A stretch of DNA of 64,000 nt, taken from positions 29,791 through 93,790 of IMG/VR virus record IMGVR_UViG_3300031873_000003; one strand, 5' to 3'. Made by a program: the position numbers and the translations under genes. Below the pieces are notes generated by a model, which had not been told where the DNA came from, ran no database searches, and was given only the letters and a program-made list of their open reading frames with translations. This stretch comes from a virus. Positions 19,978 to 30,600 of the stretch are shown here, one piece after another (within the stretch, counting starts at the first letter, position 1; every line of letters begins with the position of its first letter).

Positions 19978-20739
19978 TTGGCAGAGAAGAAAGTCTCAAT
20001 TGTCGTTGCAGTCTTGAACTCGCATATTATCGTTCTTAGGCAAATACGAGCGTGGAAATCTATGCATTTACCCGATGGCGTTGAGATCATTCTTGTTGAT
20101 GATGGAAGCAATCCACCTATTTTACATACAGCAGAGAGTACTGGACTTAGGAATTTAATTGTACTTGCAACTCACGACAAGAGGCCCTGGACGCAAGGAT
20201 TGGCGAGAAATATGGGGGCAGCAAAAGCACAAGGTGAATATCTATTTTTTACCGACATAGATCATATCATTACAAGAGAGGCAATAGATGATGTGCTTAA
20301 GTTTGATGGTAACAAGATGGTGTTTCCCAGGTACTTCGGGATACTTGATAGGAAGGGAAATATTATCAATGACGAAAAGTCACTGCTGGACTTTGGGCTT
20401 GATCCTGCAAGAGTGAGGACACATCGGGGACATCTATGCGGAGGGTTTCACGGAAACACCTACGCTATTCGGAAAAGTATTTTTGAAAAGATTGGTGGGT
20501 ACATACCTCGTTACTGCGAGTCGGGCTTCCATGTGGGAGGCAAACATCAATCGGAAGAGAGTAAGTTTAACAGTATGTATAGGAATTTTAAAGAGGAAGG
20601 ATTTATTCCAACCGAGACCATAGGTTCCAAGATTTATCATTATCCCGTAAGTAAATTCAGAACGGACGGAGACAATAATCCGTTTGGACTGTTCCATGAG
20701 CTGAGCTTGGAACAAGTTCCACAACCCAGGAAGTTATGA
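19978..20739 (+). CDS. glycosyltransferase family 2 (GT7 C-terminal-like); start uncertain
   Basis: EIILVDDGS, ARNMGA, LFFTDIDH, FEKIGGY. Confidence 0.85.
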   Translation: MAEKKVSIVVAVLNSHIIVLRQIRAWKSMHLPDGVEIILVDDGSNPPILHTAESTGLRNLIVLATHDKRPWTQGLARNMGAAKAQGEYLFFTDIDHIITREAIDDVLKFDGNKMVFPRYFGILDRKGNIINDEKSLLDFGLDPARVRTHRGHLCGGFHGNTYAIRKSIFEKIGGYIPRYCESGFHVGGKHQSEESKFNSMYRNFKEEGFIPTETIGSKIYHYPVSKFRTDGDNNPFGLFHELSLEQVPQPRKL

Positions 20740-21608
20740 AACTTCTACTTATTCGTTCGGCCAGTTGCAGTGGTCACTCCTACATGGTTCAGTGTTTGCA
20801 CTACATGACGGGAATCGAACCGACCGTAGTTCATATTGATAGTTGCCACACGATTGACTATGGCGAGCACGACTACCTTATTTATAATGCATTTTCTAAC
20901 GAGAGTTACGCACCGAAGTTTGACACCAAGATTATATATCCAGCCGATGAGCGATTCCATGCGTTCAAGGGCAAAAAGATATTGTTTGATACACACGACG
21001 AAGGAAATAGGGATGGGTTCGAGAGGATGAAGGGTTACGGCTACCCAAGGCTTAAGATAAATCCTGGATATGATTTCATGACTAAGTTCAACGTAGTGGC
21101 TGCAATACCATTTACGGCATACCATAGATTTTTCTTGAAGTCTCCTGTGCCCAAAACAATTCCCCTGCTCTATTGTGTCAATTGTAAGGGGATTACGTTT
21201 CCCCCCAACATAAGACCTACGGTATTCGAGAGACTAAAGCCGTTTAATCCATACACTACCAGAACATCCATGAACTATTATGCGGATACGCTAAAGACCG
21301 CAAAGATATCGGTAACTGTGCCGGGATATGGAACTGGATGTAAGTCCCATGTTGAGGCGTTAGCGGCAAGTACACTTCTTTTTTCGTATGATTCTATTAG
21401 CATGGTAAAGACCTTACCATTCGCAGACCTTGTTGATGGAAAGCATTACATTTCATTTAACCTTGATAATCTTGAGGAGAAATTATCCTTATGCTTATCT
21501 GACGATAAACTTGTGGAAGAGGTTAGCAGGGAGGGTCATTTGTGCTTTAGGTTGGGTTACGATCCCCGTCGGACGGGGGAGGAGATAGCAAGATGGTTCA
21601 GCTCATAG
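20736..21608 (+). CDS. GT-B-like glycosyltransferase (Glyco_trans_1_2-like)
   Basis: AKISVTVPGYG..HVEALA..DGKHYI C-terminal pattern. Confidence 0.65.
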   Translation: MKLLLIRSASCSGHSYMVQCLHYMTGIEPTVVHIDSCHTIDYGEHDYLIYNAFSNESYAPKFDTKIIYPADERFHAFKGKKILFDTHDEGNRDGFERMKGYGYPRLKINPGYDFMTKFNVVAAIPFTAYHRFFLKSPVPKTIPLLYCVNCKGITFPPNIRPTVFERLKPFNPYTTRTSMNYYADTLKTAKISVTVPGYGTGCKSHVEALAASTLLFSYDSISMVKTLPFADLVDGKHYISFNLDNLEEKLSLCLSDDKLVEEVSREGHLCFRLGYDPRRTGEEIARWFSS

Positions 21609-22354
21609 ACTGCTTTATGTTCTTTAATGAGATAGACCTGCTTGAAATAAGATTGAATTCTCTTGCTCCTTACGTCAATCGTTTCGTGCTGTGCGAGATG
21701 CCAATAACTCATAGCGGTAAACCAAAGCCTCTTTTTTTCCAGGACAATAAGGATAGGTTTAAGGATTTCAATATCACTTATCTGGTGGCGCCCCCCAGGG
21801 AAGGTAGTTCATGGAAATTGGAGCATTACCAGAGGGATTATTTGTTAAATGGAATTACAGACGTAGACCCAGATGATATTATGTTGATCTCAGACATGGA
21901 CGAGATTCCTGACATCAGCAAGTATCACCTCGGAGATGAGGGAGTCTTCAGGCAAAGCATGTATTACTACTACTTTAATGTCTATGTATCCGGAAGTTGG
22001 AAGGGGACGATTGCGAAAAAACGTAAAAGCTTTGCAAACTTTAATGACATAAGAAATCTTAGAAACAGAATGCCAACCATTGTTAAGCAGGGGGGATGGC
22101 ATTTTTCCACTATGGGAACCGCAGAGGACATTAAGTATAAGATTGAATCTTTCGCCCACATTGAACTGGATAAACCTGAATTCAAGTCCAGGATTGAAGA
22201 AAATAGAAAGAACTTGGTTGATCCTTATAATCGTGGTGCGCCAAATTGGGGCGAGAGAGGACTAAAATTGATAGTGCAGATGCCCAGTGGGCCGCAATGG
22301 TTATTAGAGAATAGGGAAAAATACGAACATTTATTTTGGAAGGGCGATGCATAG
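21593..22354 (+). CDS. GT17-like N-acetylglucosaminyltransferase
   Basis: DCFMFFNEIDLLEIRL, THSGKPKPL, SDMDEIP, GGWHFS. Confidence 0.85.
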   Translation: MVQLIDCFMFFNEIDLLEIRLNSLAPYVNRFVLCEMPITHSGKPKPLFFQDNKDRFKDFNITYLVAPPREGSSWKLEHYQRDYLLNGITDVDPDDIMLISDMDEIPDISKYHLGDEGVFRQSMYYYYFNVYVSGSWKGTIAKKRKSFANFNDIRNLRNRMPTIVKQGGWHFSTMGTAEDIKYKIESFAHIELDKPEFKSRIEENRKNLVDPYNRGAPNWGERGLKLIVQMPSGPQWLLENREKYEHLFWKGDA

Positions 22355-22820
22355 CAATAGCATTAAACTTATGCGTTGGTTTAGGGATAAGTATTTACAG
22401 GAGTTGAAAGGATGTACCGTGCTGGATATTGGGTCTAAGGTAGGCAGAACTTCAAGGAATGCTACGTACGGAGGTAGGGTATTTTTTCCCCCAGACTATA
22501 ATTATATTGGAATGGATGTTGTTCCGGGAAGAAACGTGACAATAGTGGGATACGATAATCTTCCAGTGTGTGAGGTGGTTGTCAGTGGGCAGGTTATGGA
22601 GCATGTGCAGAGGCCGTGGGAGTGGCTGAAGAATTTGGTGCAATATTACACAAAGTTTATCTGTGTTATTGCTCCGAATACTTGCCCGGAGCATAAGTTT
22701 CCTTTCGATACATATAGATATTTCACAGATGGAATGCGTGATTTATTTGAGTACGCAGGTATTCGAGAGATTGAAATCAGAATGAGTGGAAATGATACGA
22801 TAGGAGTTGGGGGGAAATAA
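22347..22820 (+). CDS. class I SAM-dependent methyltransferase
   Basis: VLDIGS, SGQVMEHV, HKFPFDTYRY. Confidence 0.8.
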   Translation: MHSNSIKLMRWFRDKYLQELKGCTVLDIGSKVGRTSRNATYGGRVFFPPDYNYIGMDVVPGRNVTIVGYDNLPVCEVVVSGQVMEHVQRPWEWLKNLVQYYTKFICVIAPNTCPEHKFPFDTYRYFTDGMRDLFEYAGIREIEIRMSGNDTIGVGGK

Positions 22821-22840
22821 TGCCAAACTTTACGGCAAGC

Positions 22841-23062
22841 TTAATTGCCCTTGGACAATACAACCCAGTCCGTTCCCGACATGTCTCCAGTAGAGATGAC
22901 CAGGGGGTGAAGACTTTGGTCTTTGGGCGTGAAAATGACAAGTTTTTCCTGGGACATGACCACATAGGTTCCGTCGTCGGGCCATTCAAGGCGTCTCAGT
23001 TTTTTCCCTTCGAGAAGACTCTCGGTACAATCGGGGAAATCCATGGTGTTTTCTTCGTTCAT
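22841..23062 (-). CDS. DUF2829 / Tad2-like small protein
   Basis: GGAGG RBS; MDF....LLEGKKLRRLEW....ISTGDMSGTDWVV matches the DUF2829 pattern. Confidence 0.65.
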   Translation of the reverse strand: MNEENTMDFPDCTESLLEGKKLRRLEWPDDGTYVVMSQEKLVIFTPKDQSLHPLVISTGDMSGTDWVVLSKGN

Positions 23063-23089
23063 TGTTGGCTGACCTCCTTTTTGGGCAAT

Positions 23090-23119
23090 ATTATACGCAA
23101 AGGCGTTGGTGAATGTCAA
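23090..23119 (-). promoter_or_regulatory. consensus sigma70 promoter for the antisense DUF2829-like gene
   Basis: TTGACA-N18-TATAAT on the - strand. Confidence 0.75.
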
Positions 23120-25587
23120 GAAAAATCGACTTAGCAAGGGGGTATATGTCTCAAAAATATAGTTTAAGCGTGTGCATTCCCGCAAGAAACGAACAATTTC
23201 TTTCCCTTACGGTTGATGATCTCTTGAAGAATATCCGAGGGAATACTGAAATCATCGTGATATGTGACGGGAACTATCCTGACCCTCCCATTAAGGATGA
23301 CCCAAGGGTAACGCTGATCTATCATAGCCAGTCTATTGGACAGAGAGCGGCATGTAATGAGGCGGCGAGGTATTCAAGGGCGAAATATCTGGCGAAGTGT
23401 GATAGCCACTGTTCCTTTGATGAAGGGTTTGATGTGAAGTTACTTGAAGATATGCAGGATGATTGGACGATGGTTCCGATCATGAAAAATTTATGGATTT
23501 ATGATTGGGTGTGCGAATCAGGCCACCGTAGGTACCAAGGTCCTTCTGGCCCCTGTACGGAATGTGGTAAACCAACTGTAAGAGATTTGAAGTGGATCGG
23601 GAAAAATAATCCACAGAGTACAGTATACTGCTTTGACCCCGAACCGCATTTCCAGTACGCAGTAGACTTTAAGAAACGGGATTGGTATCAAAAGTCTCTT
23701 AAAGAAACAGGGTTGACCGAGACAATGAGTTTACAGGGGTCTTTTTTCATGTTAACCCGACAGAAGTATTTTGAACTCAATATGAATGACGAGGAGTTCG
23801 AGAACTGGGGATCGCAAGGTTTAGAAGTGGCAATAAAAACATGGACTTCTGGGGGAAAGGTTATCTGTTCTCATAAGACATGGTATTCTCACTGCTTTCA
23901 CACGCAAGGGGGGGATTTCGGGTTTTCATGGCCTTGTTCTGGTAGACAGGTTGCCCGAACAAAGAGAAGGGCGAAACAAGTTTTCTTCAAACAAAAATGG
24001 GGACCACAGCAAAGATATCCCCTGAGCTGGCTTGTGGAACGATTTTGGCCTACTTCTTATTGGAAAGATGAGGATTTAAGGATTCTCAAGGCGACGGAGG
24101 CGACATTCTTTGACTTTGACCTTAAACTTTTCAGGGTTCCTGGCGTAGTTGGTTCTGTTCCAAGCCCGGTGACAGATCATACATCTTCTGTGTCCTCTCT
24201 TGTCGGGAGGAGGGAGCAAGTGCCCGTTTCTGCAATGAGTCAACCTGGTCTTCCAGGGGATAATCTTATCTCCGGGACCACGGTTCTCTCTGACGTTGGC
24301 ACGTCGCCTACGTTGACCGTCGGCAGCACAGATAGTACAGATACGAAAAGGAGGACTGTTGGGAAAGTGTCTCGTGGGGGGCAAGAGGTGTCCTCTGGGG
24401 CAGTGAGTTTTGGCACGGTTGACGGAAGAAACAGCATTGGAGGGACGGAGATTATCAATCTGCAAAGCCAATCTGAGATGGAAAGGACTACAACAAGCCC
24501 TATTATTACAGACAACATGATCAACAACGGGAATGCCAGTGGCGTAACCCATAGGGACGGGTCCGATAAGCCAGGCGAAAGTCAATCTGTGCATTCTGAA
24601 GGTGTGGTTGTGTCCGATAGAGTTGGCGAGACGTTTGAAGTTGCCAAGCCCATATCCATCCTTGTCGAGACTCCCCAGCCAGTTCCAGCACCCAGTGATA
24701 GGGTCAATCTCAATCTTGGAAAAAATTCTGTCGATGTCTCTTGCGGAAAGGGTGGGGATTATGAGAAAATTGGAATTAGACATGAATCCTCCCATAGTAA
24801 GGATTTGTGTTTAGGATTGGAACGGTGCGACGAACATCGTTCCATTCCGAATACTATACCACAAGCCGATAAATTACGCAAGTGTATAATATTTTACAGT
24901 GACAATGAATTAGATGAAACGATCTTCAAGGCAGTCCAGAAACAACTCCTTCGATCCCTCAATGGCAACGAACTCATTTCTGTCACTCTCAAGCCAATAG
25001 ACTTCGGCAAAAACATCGTCCTCCCCCTAAAACGTAGCCACCTTTCTATGGCACGTCAACAGCTTGCAGGGTTGGAGGCAAGTACAGCAGACATCATATT
25101 TTTCGCAGAGCACGATATTTTATATCCAAAAGAGCATTTTGATTTTACTCCCCCACGTAAAGATGTTTTTTATTACAATTTGAACTGGTACAAGGTTCGC
25201 ACCCAGGACGGCCAATCTCTTCACTTTACGGCCAAGCAAGTAAGTGGCCTATGCGCTTACCGAGACATCCTTCTCGACTACTACCGGAAGAGGGTTTCCA
25301 TGATCGAGAGTGGAGAGATTGGAGGGAGAAGGCATTTTGAGCCAGGAAGCAATCATTACAGGGATGCGTATGATAAGCTTACCAACCTTGGGTCTGATAC
25401 CTGGCGATCTTCCGTCCCTTACGTGGACATTAGGCACAAAGGAACTGTGACCAGGAATATCTTCGATCCCTCTGGTTATCGCAACACGATGAAGGATTGG
25501 ACAATGGTGGACGAGATACCTGGAGGGTGGGGAAAAACAAAAGGAAGATTTTGGGAGTTCTTGCAGGAGGCGGTCGATGCCATATAA
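23113..25587 (+). CDS. two-domain glycosyltransferase with a ~250-aa linker formed by an antisense HNH gene
   Basis: N-domain SVCIPARNE..KCDSH; C-domain IFFAEHDILY; the linker coincides with 24076..24783(-). Confidence 0.8.
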   Translation: MSRKIDLARGYMSQKYSLSVCIPARNEQFLSLTVDDLLKNIRGNTEIIVICDGNYPDPPIKDDPRVTLIYHSQSIGQRAACNEAARYSRAKYLAKCDSHCSFDEGFDVKLLEDMQDDWTMVPIMKNLWIYDWVCESGHRRYQGPSGPCTECGKPTVRDLKWIGKNNPQSTVYCFDPEPHFQYAVDFKKRDWYQKSLKETGLTETMSLQGSFFMLTRQKYFELNMNDEEFENWGSQGLEVAIKTWTSGGKVICSHKTWYSHCFHTQGGDFGFSWPCSGRQVARTKRRAKQVFFKQKWGPQQRYPLSWLVERFWPTSYWKDEDLRILKATEATFFDFDLKLFRVPGVVGSVPSPVTDHTSSVSSLVGRREQVPVSAMSQPGLPGDNLISGTTVLSDVGTSPTLTVGSTDSTDTKRRTVGKVSRGGQEVSSGAVSFGTVDGRNSIGGTEIINLQSQSEMERTTTSPIITDNMINNGNASGVTHRDGSDKPGESQSVHSEGVVVSDRVGETFEVAKPISILVETPQPVPAPSDRVNLNLGKNSVDVSCGKGGDYEKIGIRHESSHSKDLCLGLERCDEHRSIPNTIPQADKLRKCIIFYSDNELDETIFKAVQKQLLRSLNGNELISVTLKPIDFGKNIVLPLKRSHLSMARQQLAGLEASTADIIFFAEHDILYPKEHFDFTPPRKDVFYYNLNWYKVRTQDGQSLHFTAKQVSGLCAYRDILLDYYRKRVSMIESGEIGGRRHFEPGSNHYRDAYDKLTNLGSDTWRSSVPYVDIRHKGTVTRNIFDPSGYRNTMKDWTMVDEIPGGWGKTKGRFWEFLQEAVDAI
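24076..24783 (-). CDS. HNH homing endonuclease nested antisense in the glycosyltransferase
   Basis: GGAGG RBS; CWNWLG..DGYG..HR..DHVVCNNRACCSPFHL; two THCxxGH repeats. Confidence 0.85.
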   Translation of the reverse strand: MSNSNFLIIPTLSARDIDRIFSKIEIDPITGCWNWLGSLDKDGYGLGNFKRLANSIGHNHTFRMHRLTFAWLIGPVPMGYATGIPVVDHVVCNNRACCSPFHLRLALQIDNLRPSNAVSSVNRAKTHCPRGHLLPPTRHFPNSPPFRICTICAADGQRRRRANVRENRGPGDKIIPWKTRLTHCRNGHLLPPPDKRGHRRCMICHRAWNRTNYARNPEKFKVKVKECRLRRLENP

Positions 25588-25819
25588 AAAATACCCACCC
25601 GTAGATGAAGCGACGATGGACAGAAAAAGATTCGAGGGACATCATTCCGTGTGCCAGACCCTAAGAGATATTTATCATCTTACGGATGATCCGGAGATTA
25701 AGCTTAAGTGCAGGTTGGCGGTGGCAATGACGAAAGCTATGCACGAGCGCCTAAAATGGTACAAGGCAAAGAACCTTGCCGAAGCAGAAATAAGGGAGAA
25801 AAAGGATGCCTCAACTTAA
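25577..25819 (+). CDS. small helical protein, paralog of 14433..14723
   Basis: GGAGG RBS; shared DPExKL motif. Confidence 0.65.
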   Translation: MPYKKYPPVDEATMDRKRFEGHHSVCQTLRDIYHLTDDPEIKLKCRLAVAMTKAMHERLKWYKAKNLAEAEIREKKDAST

Positions 25820-26789
25820 CTTTGAATATAAAAACCTTATAGGCATTTCAAGGCAGAAGGATACCAACAGAATTCCGGTAGGATATGTTGCCTACGCCAT
25901 GAATGTTGATTCGGATGATGAAAAGAAACTTCGTAGACGCAGGGGTCTTACTTCTGTTTCCACGGTGAATACCCATAGCGTATGGTCAAACAGGGATATC
26001 TGTCTATGTGTCCAGGGAGGCGTCTTAAAAGAGGTAACAATTAACCTTGTTACCAACACAGCCACCTATGTTACCCTGTTATCTGGGGCGGGCGATACAC
26101 CCATGATCTTTCGGGAAGCGGGGGATATGGTCTTTTTTTCCAATAGCGACGTTTTTGGATATATCCGGGAACATGCGGTACATGGTATTTCAGAAGTTAG
26201 CGAGACCTTTAAGGTTCGGATGGTGGGAGGACACCTGATGGAATATTGGGATTCTCGCCTATGGGTATTTCAGGATAACATTCTGATTTATTCCGATGCC
26301 ACAGAACCAATGGTTAGAGACGAGAGGCATAACTTCGTGACGTTCAATGGCCGTGGAAGGATGCTTGAGGCCGTCAGGGACGGGATTTACGTGAGCGATA
26401 ACGAAAGGTGTGGTTTTCTTCAGGGAGGAGCGGGAGACCCTCCCAAGTTCAATTATACCGAGGTCTGTCCTTCTCCATGTATCGAAGGCATGGCAGTCTC
26501 AAGTGTTGAACAATTAGCAGGAATATCGGTTAAGGTGGTATTCTGGGTTACAGAGGAAGGTTGTTACATGGGACTGCCAGGGGGGCAAGTGAATAAGGTT
26601 ACGGGGGATCATTTTTACATTGAAGGGGCGTCAATAGGGAGGATGATGGTTTTGAATAGGTCTTTTCCGGATCATACAAGTATTGACCAGCTATTAGGGA
26701 CCTATGACTTATGGCCTGGCTATGGAGGAATGGAAATAGAGTTAGATGTTCCGGCGACGGACGTTGACGGTCGCATTACTGCGGCTTAA
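25806..26789 (+). CDS. putative tail nozzle or stabilisation protein
   Basis: AMNVD...LRRRRG N-terminus and beta-propeller-like composition. Confidence 0.5.
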   Translation: MPQLNFEYKNLIGISRQKDTNRIPVGYVAYAMNVDSDDEKKLRRRRGLTSVSTVNTHSVWSNRDICLCVQGGVLKEVTINLVTNTATYVTLLSGAGDTPMIFREAGDMVFFSNSDVFGYIREHAVHGISEVSETFKVRMVGGHLMEYWDSRLWVFQDNILIYSDATEPMVRDERHNFVTFNGRGRMLEAVRDGIYVSDNERCGFLQGGAGDPPKFNYTEVCPSPCIEGMAVSSVEQLAGISVKVVFWVTEEGCYMGLPGGQVNKVTGDHFYIEGASIGRMMVLNRSFPDHTSIDQLLGTYDLWPGYGGMEIELDVPATDVDGRITAA

Positions 26790-26827
26790 TCTTACGCTTT
26801 TGCGTAGAAGAAAGGGAGGAAAGGAAA

Positions 26828-27619
26828 ATGACGGTAAAATATTCGAGGGCTTTAATAAATTTGTTGGCTGATGGAAAGGGATTAAGGGAAATTTATGGAG
26901 ATTGCGTCTTAGATGTGTATTCTGGGACGGCTCCTACAAACCCGGAAGATGCGGCAACGGGAACAAAGCTTTGCAAGTTTACCTTGTCAAGTGCCGCCGT
27001 AGTAACTACTGACCGAGGCGTTCCGAGAGTCTACAAGCTTGTTCCTGCTACCGGTTCTACGCCGGGCAGCACCATTAAAGTTACCGTTACGGTGGAGGGA
27101 GTTGGTACCACACACATCTATACCATTTTGGCGGCTGACAGTACAGACCAGAAGGTTGCCGTGAAGGTGGCACAGATGTTAAACGATCTTCCTCAGATTC
27201 AGGCTATCTGTGAGGGAGACACAGTAAATATCTGGGCACAATGTAGGATTCCTGGTTTGGCATTGACGATTGCCGATGGAACCGGTACTTATGGAATCAA
27301 CTGCTCGGCAAAGGTGGCGGCGGTCGCCACAAACGCCCTCCAGTTTAGTGCGCCAACGGCAGGGGTTATTTCAAAACCAACGGCAGCTACCTGGACAGGA
27401 ACTAACCTTGCAACCGGAACGGCAGGATATTTTAGATTATGCCTTCCGGTAGACCCCGAAAGTGCGGGAACTCCAACCGCTGACACTGGTTACATCTACA
27501 AGAGAACTCAAGGAACGCTTGCGACGGTAGGAGGGGACGCACAGATTGATCCAACAACGGTGACATTGAGTGCAACGTCAACGGTTACATCGTTCAGCTT
27601 GACAGTACCGACGTCTTAG
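26828..27619 (+). CDS. putative tail structural protein
   Basis: YSGTAP..EDAATGTKL...TGTAGYFRL motif; Thr/Ala-rich. Confidence 0.55.
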   Translation: MTVKYSRALINLLADGKGLREIYGDCVLDVYSGTAPTNPEDAATGTKLCKFTLSSAAVVTTDRGVPRVYKLVPATGSTPGSTIKVTVTVEGVGTTHIYTILAADSTDQKVAVKVAQMLNDLPQIQAICEGDTVNIWAQCRIPGLALTIADGTGTYGINCSAKVAAVATNALQFSAPTAGVISKPTAATWTGTNLATGTAGYFRLCLPVDPESAGTPTADTGYIYKRTQGTLATVGGDAQIDPTTVTLSATSTVTSFSLTVPTS

Positions 27620-27664
27620 GACGTGTTTTTTAAAACCATTCTTGCTTTATAATAGAGGGAAACT

Positions 27665-30600
27665 ATGCCTGAATCTGCTTCGATGAGTCCGAGCGAATCG
27701 CCGAGCGAATCACCTTCGTTGAGTCCATCGGCCTCTGCATCACCATCGATTTCGCCGTCGCTCAGCCCGAGCGCAAGCGTCAGTCCATCGATTTCGCCTT
27801 CGAGATCACCCTCCGGGAGTCCTTCGGCGTCACCATCGTTAAGTCCGAGCGCAAGCATTTCGCCTTCGACGTCACCATCCAAAAGTCCGTCGGAGTCGCC
27901 ATCGAGAAGTCCATCCAAAAGTCCTTCTGGAAGTCCTTCAATGTCTCCAAGCGAAAGTCCCTCAAAATCGCCTTCGGCGTCACCATCCTTAAGTCCGTCA
28001 ACGTCACCATCGTTAAGCCCCAGCGCAAGCCTTTCTCCGTCCCTGAGTCCTTCGGCCAGCTTGTCGCCGAGTGCAAGCCCAAGCGTATCACCCAGCATGT
28101 CACCCTCTGCATCGCCATCGTTAAGTCCAAGTCCCGTGATAGATATTATTAAGGCTGGATGTTCGATAAGCAGCATAAGCTCAAATAATGGACGAAAACT
28201 TGTCCGAGATAGCACAGGAAGATTGCACGTTGTTTATCATAGGGTTGCAACTGTCTGGAATATTTATCATTCGTATTCGGATGACAGCGGACAAACATGG
28301 ACGGAAGAAGCGATTACAAGTGATGCATCGTACAACCAGTGGAGTCCATCCATAGCCATCGATAGTAGCAATCACTTGCATGTGGTATGGCATGGAACAT
28401 CTGTCTTATCCACCACTATTGACCAAATCAGATATTCTAAATACGAAGGTTCGTGGAGTACGCCGGTTGACTTAACCGGGGAAGTTTACACGCAGGCACT
28501 TCCTTCGATAGCCATTGATAGCGGTGATCATATACATGTGGTTTGGGAGGGAATGTCCTCCGTGTCCCCAAGTTACACTCAGGTTAGGTATTCTCAGTAC
28601 GAATCTTCCTGGAGTGCGCCTACCAACCTAACCAGCGGAAACCTCTGGAGGTGGAATCCCTCCGTAGCCATTGATAGTGGGAATAATTTGCATATTGTTT
28701 GGGGGGAAGGCCCCGATAGTCTTACCAGCCAAATAATGTATTCTAAGGGTGCGCCCTGGAGCCCCGTCCAGTTAAGCGATGGCAGTTATATGCAGGCTGA
28801 CGCCTCTATTGCCATCGATAGCAGTAATCATGTGCACGTTGTCTGGGAGGGTAGGTCTCCCGCTCTCCCGGACTATAATCAAATCAGGTATGCTAAATAT
28901 GAAGCTTCGTGGAGCACGGTTGTCGATTTAACTGGGACGAAGACCGTGGGTTATGATCAGCAAAGCCCTTCCATAGCGATCGATACCGGTGACCGGTTAC
29001 ATGTAGTGTGGTATGGCGCATCGGTGGTTTCTCCAAGCGCTTATCAAATCAGGCATACCAAATATGACGGTTCATGGAGTACGGACACTGACTTAACTAC
29101 TGATAGTGTGTCTCAATATTATCCTTCAACTCTATGGGCAAACAATATTTATTCGGTCAATGCACAGGGTTATTGTTTCGCCTACATGGATGACACAACC
29201 CTAACGTTTTATGCGAGCGACGAAATATCTTTCTATGGAATGGCTTCCCCCAGCTTATCGCCAAGCCTGAGCCCAAGCAAATCGCCAAGTCAATCTCCAT
29301 CACTCTCTTCTTCGGGCAGCCCAAGCTTAAGTCCGAGCCCGTCGCCATCGCTTTCACCCTCGGCCTCGGAAAGCCCTTCGGCGTCACCATCGTTGAGTCC
29401 AAGCGCAAGCCTATCTCCTTCGGCCTCTGTCAGTCCAAGCACATCACCCTCGCTATCTCCATCGGCCTCTATTAGCCCAAGCGAGTCACCGTCGAGAAGT
29501 CCCTCTAAATCACCTTCGGCGTCACCATCTATAAGCCCTTCGGCGTCACCATCGTTAAGTCCGAGCGCAAGCCTATCGCCTTCGGCCTCTGTCAGTCCAA
29601 GCGCATCTCCTTCGCTATCTGCAAGTTTGAGTCCATCGCCTTCGGCCTCTGTCAGTCCAAGCGCATCTCCTTCGGTGAGCCCAAGCCCAAGTGCGGGAAC
29701 CCTTATCTGTGATTTAGCCTTTGCTCTTAGCGTTCCGGCAATAGAGGTTAGCGGAAAAATCGCTGGCCCAGGGTTGATAGGACCATCGCTTGAATTACCG
29801 GCGATTGTGGTTTCAGGCAATATCGTTACCGGCGGGGCGTTTTCGGCAATCCTTGAGCTTGCACCTCATGCATCAGGAACTATTCGTGTTGGAGGGTTGT
29901 TTTCGGGGACAATCAATGTTCCCATTGAGGTATCAGGAACGATTTATAGTGGTGGCGGATTGGTTGCCTCGTTAATCCTTCCTGCGATACATGTTGATGG
30001 CCTCATTGCCAAAAACACGACTGGGTTTGAAATCACTGTTCCCGTGATAACCCTTTCGGGCACGATCATTACCGGAAGAGTGGTTAGTGGCGGAGTAAGC
30101 GTTCCTGCGATTAAGGTTCTGGCAACCATCGGCCATTATAATTCGCTGACATTTGACCTCGATTTGCCTGAGATAACTACCAACCTTTTTATTATGGGAG
30201 CGCAAAAGATCACGGTTCAAGGCGCTCCTCTTCGGAAGGCGTTCGTTGTTAATTTAGCTCATTTCGGGGTGACAGAATACTCTGGATACTCTTTCAATTC
30301 ATTTGCTAACTACCATTTTAGTAAAACCTACATAGGCGCCAGCGAAGAAGGTATTTTTGTGCTGGACGGGGATGACGACAATGGCGTTAGGATCAATGCT
30401 ACAATTCAACCAGGGAATGAAGACCTTTGGTCACAGACGATAAAGCGACTTAGGGAGGGTTTTGTAACGATGAGGGGTGGGCCAATTTCCATCGAACTGA
30501 TTCTTGACGAAGGAAGGTTAGACCCGGTGACGAGGGATTTAGAGTATGTCGAAAGTACGATTCATGAAGAGCGATTTAAAATATCACGGGGGTTGAAGAA

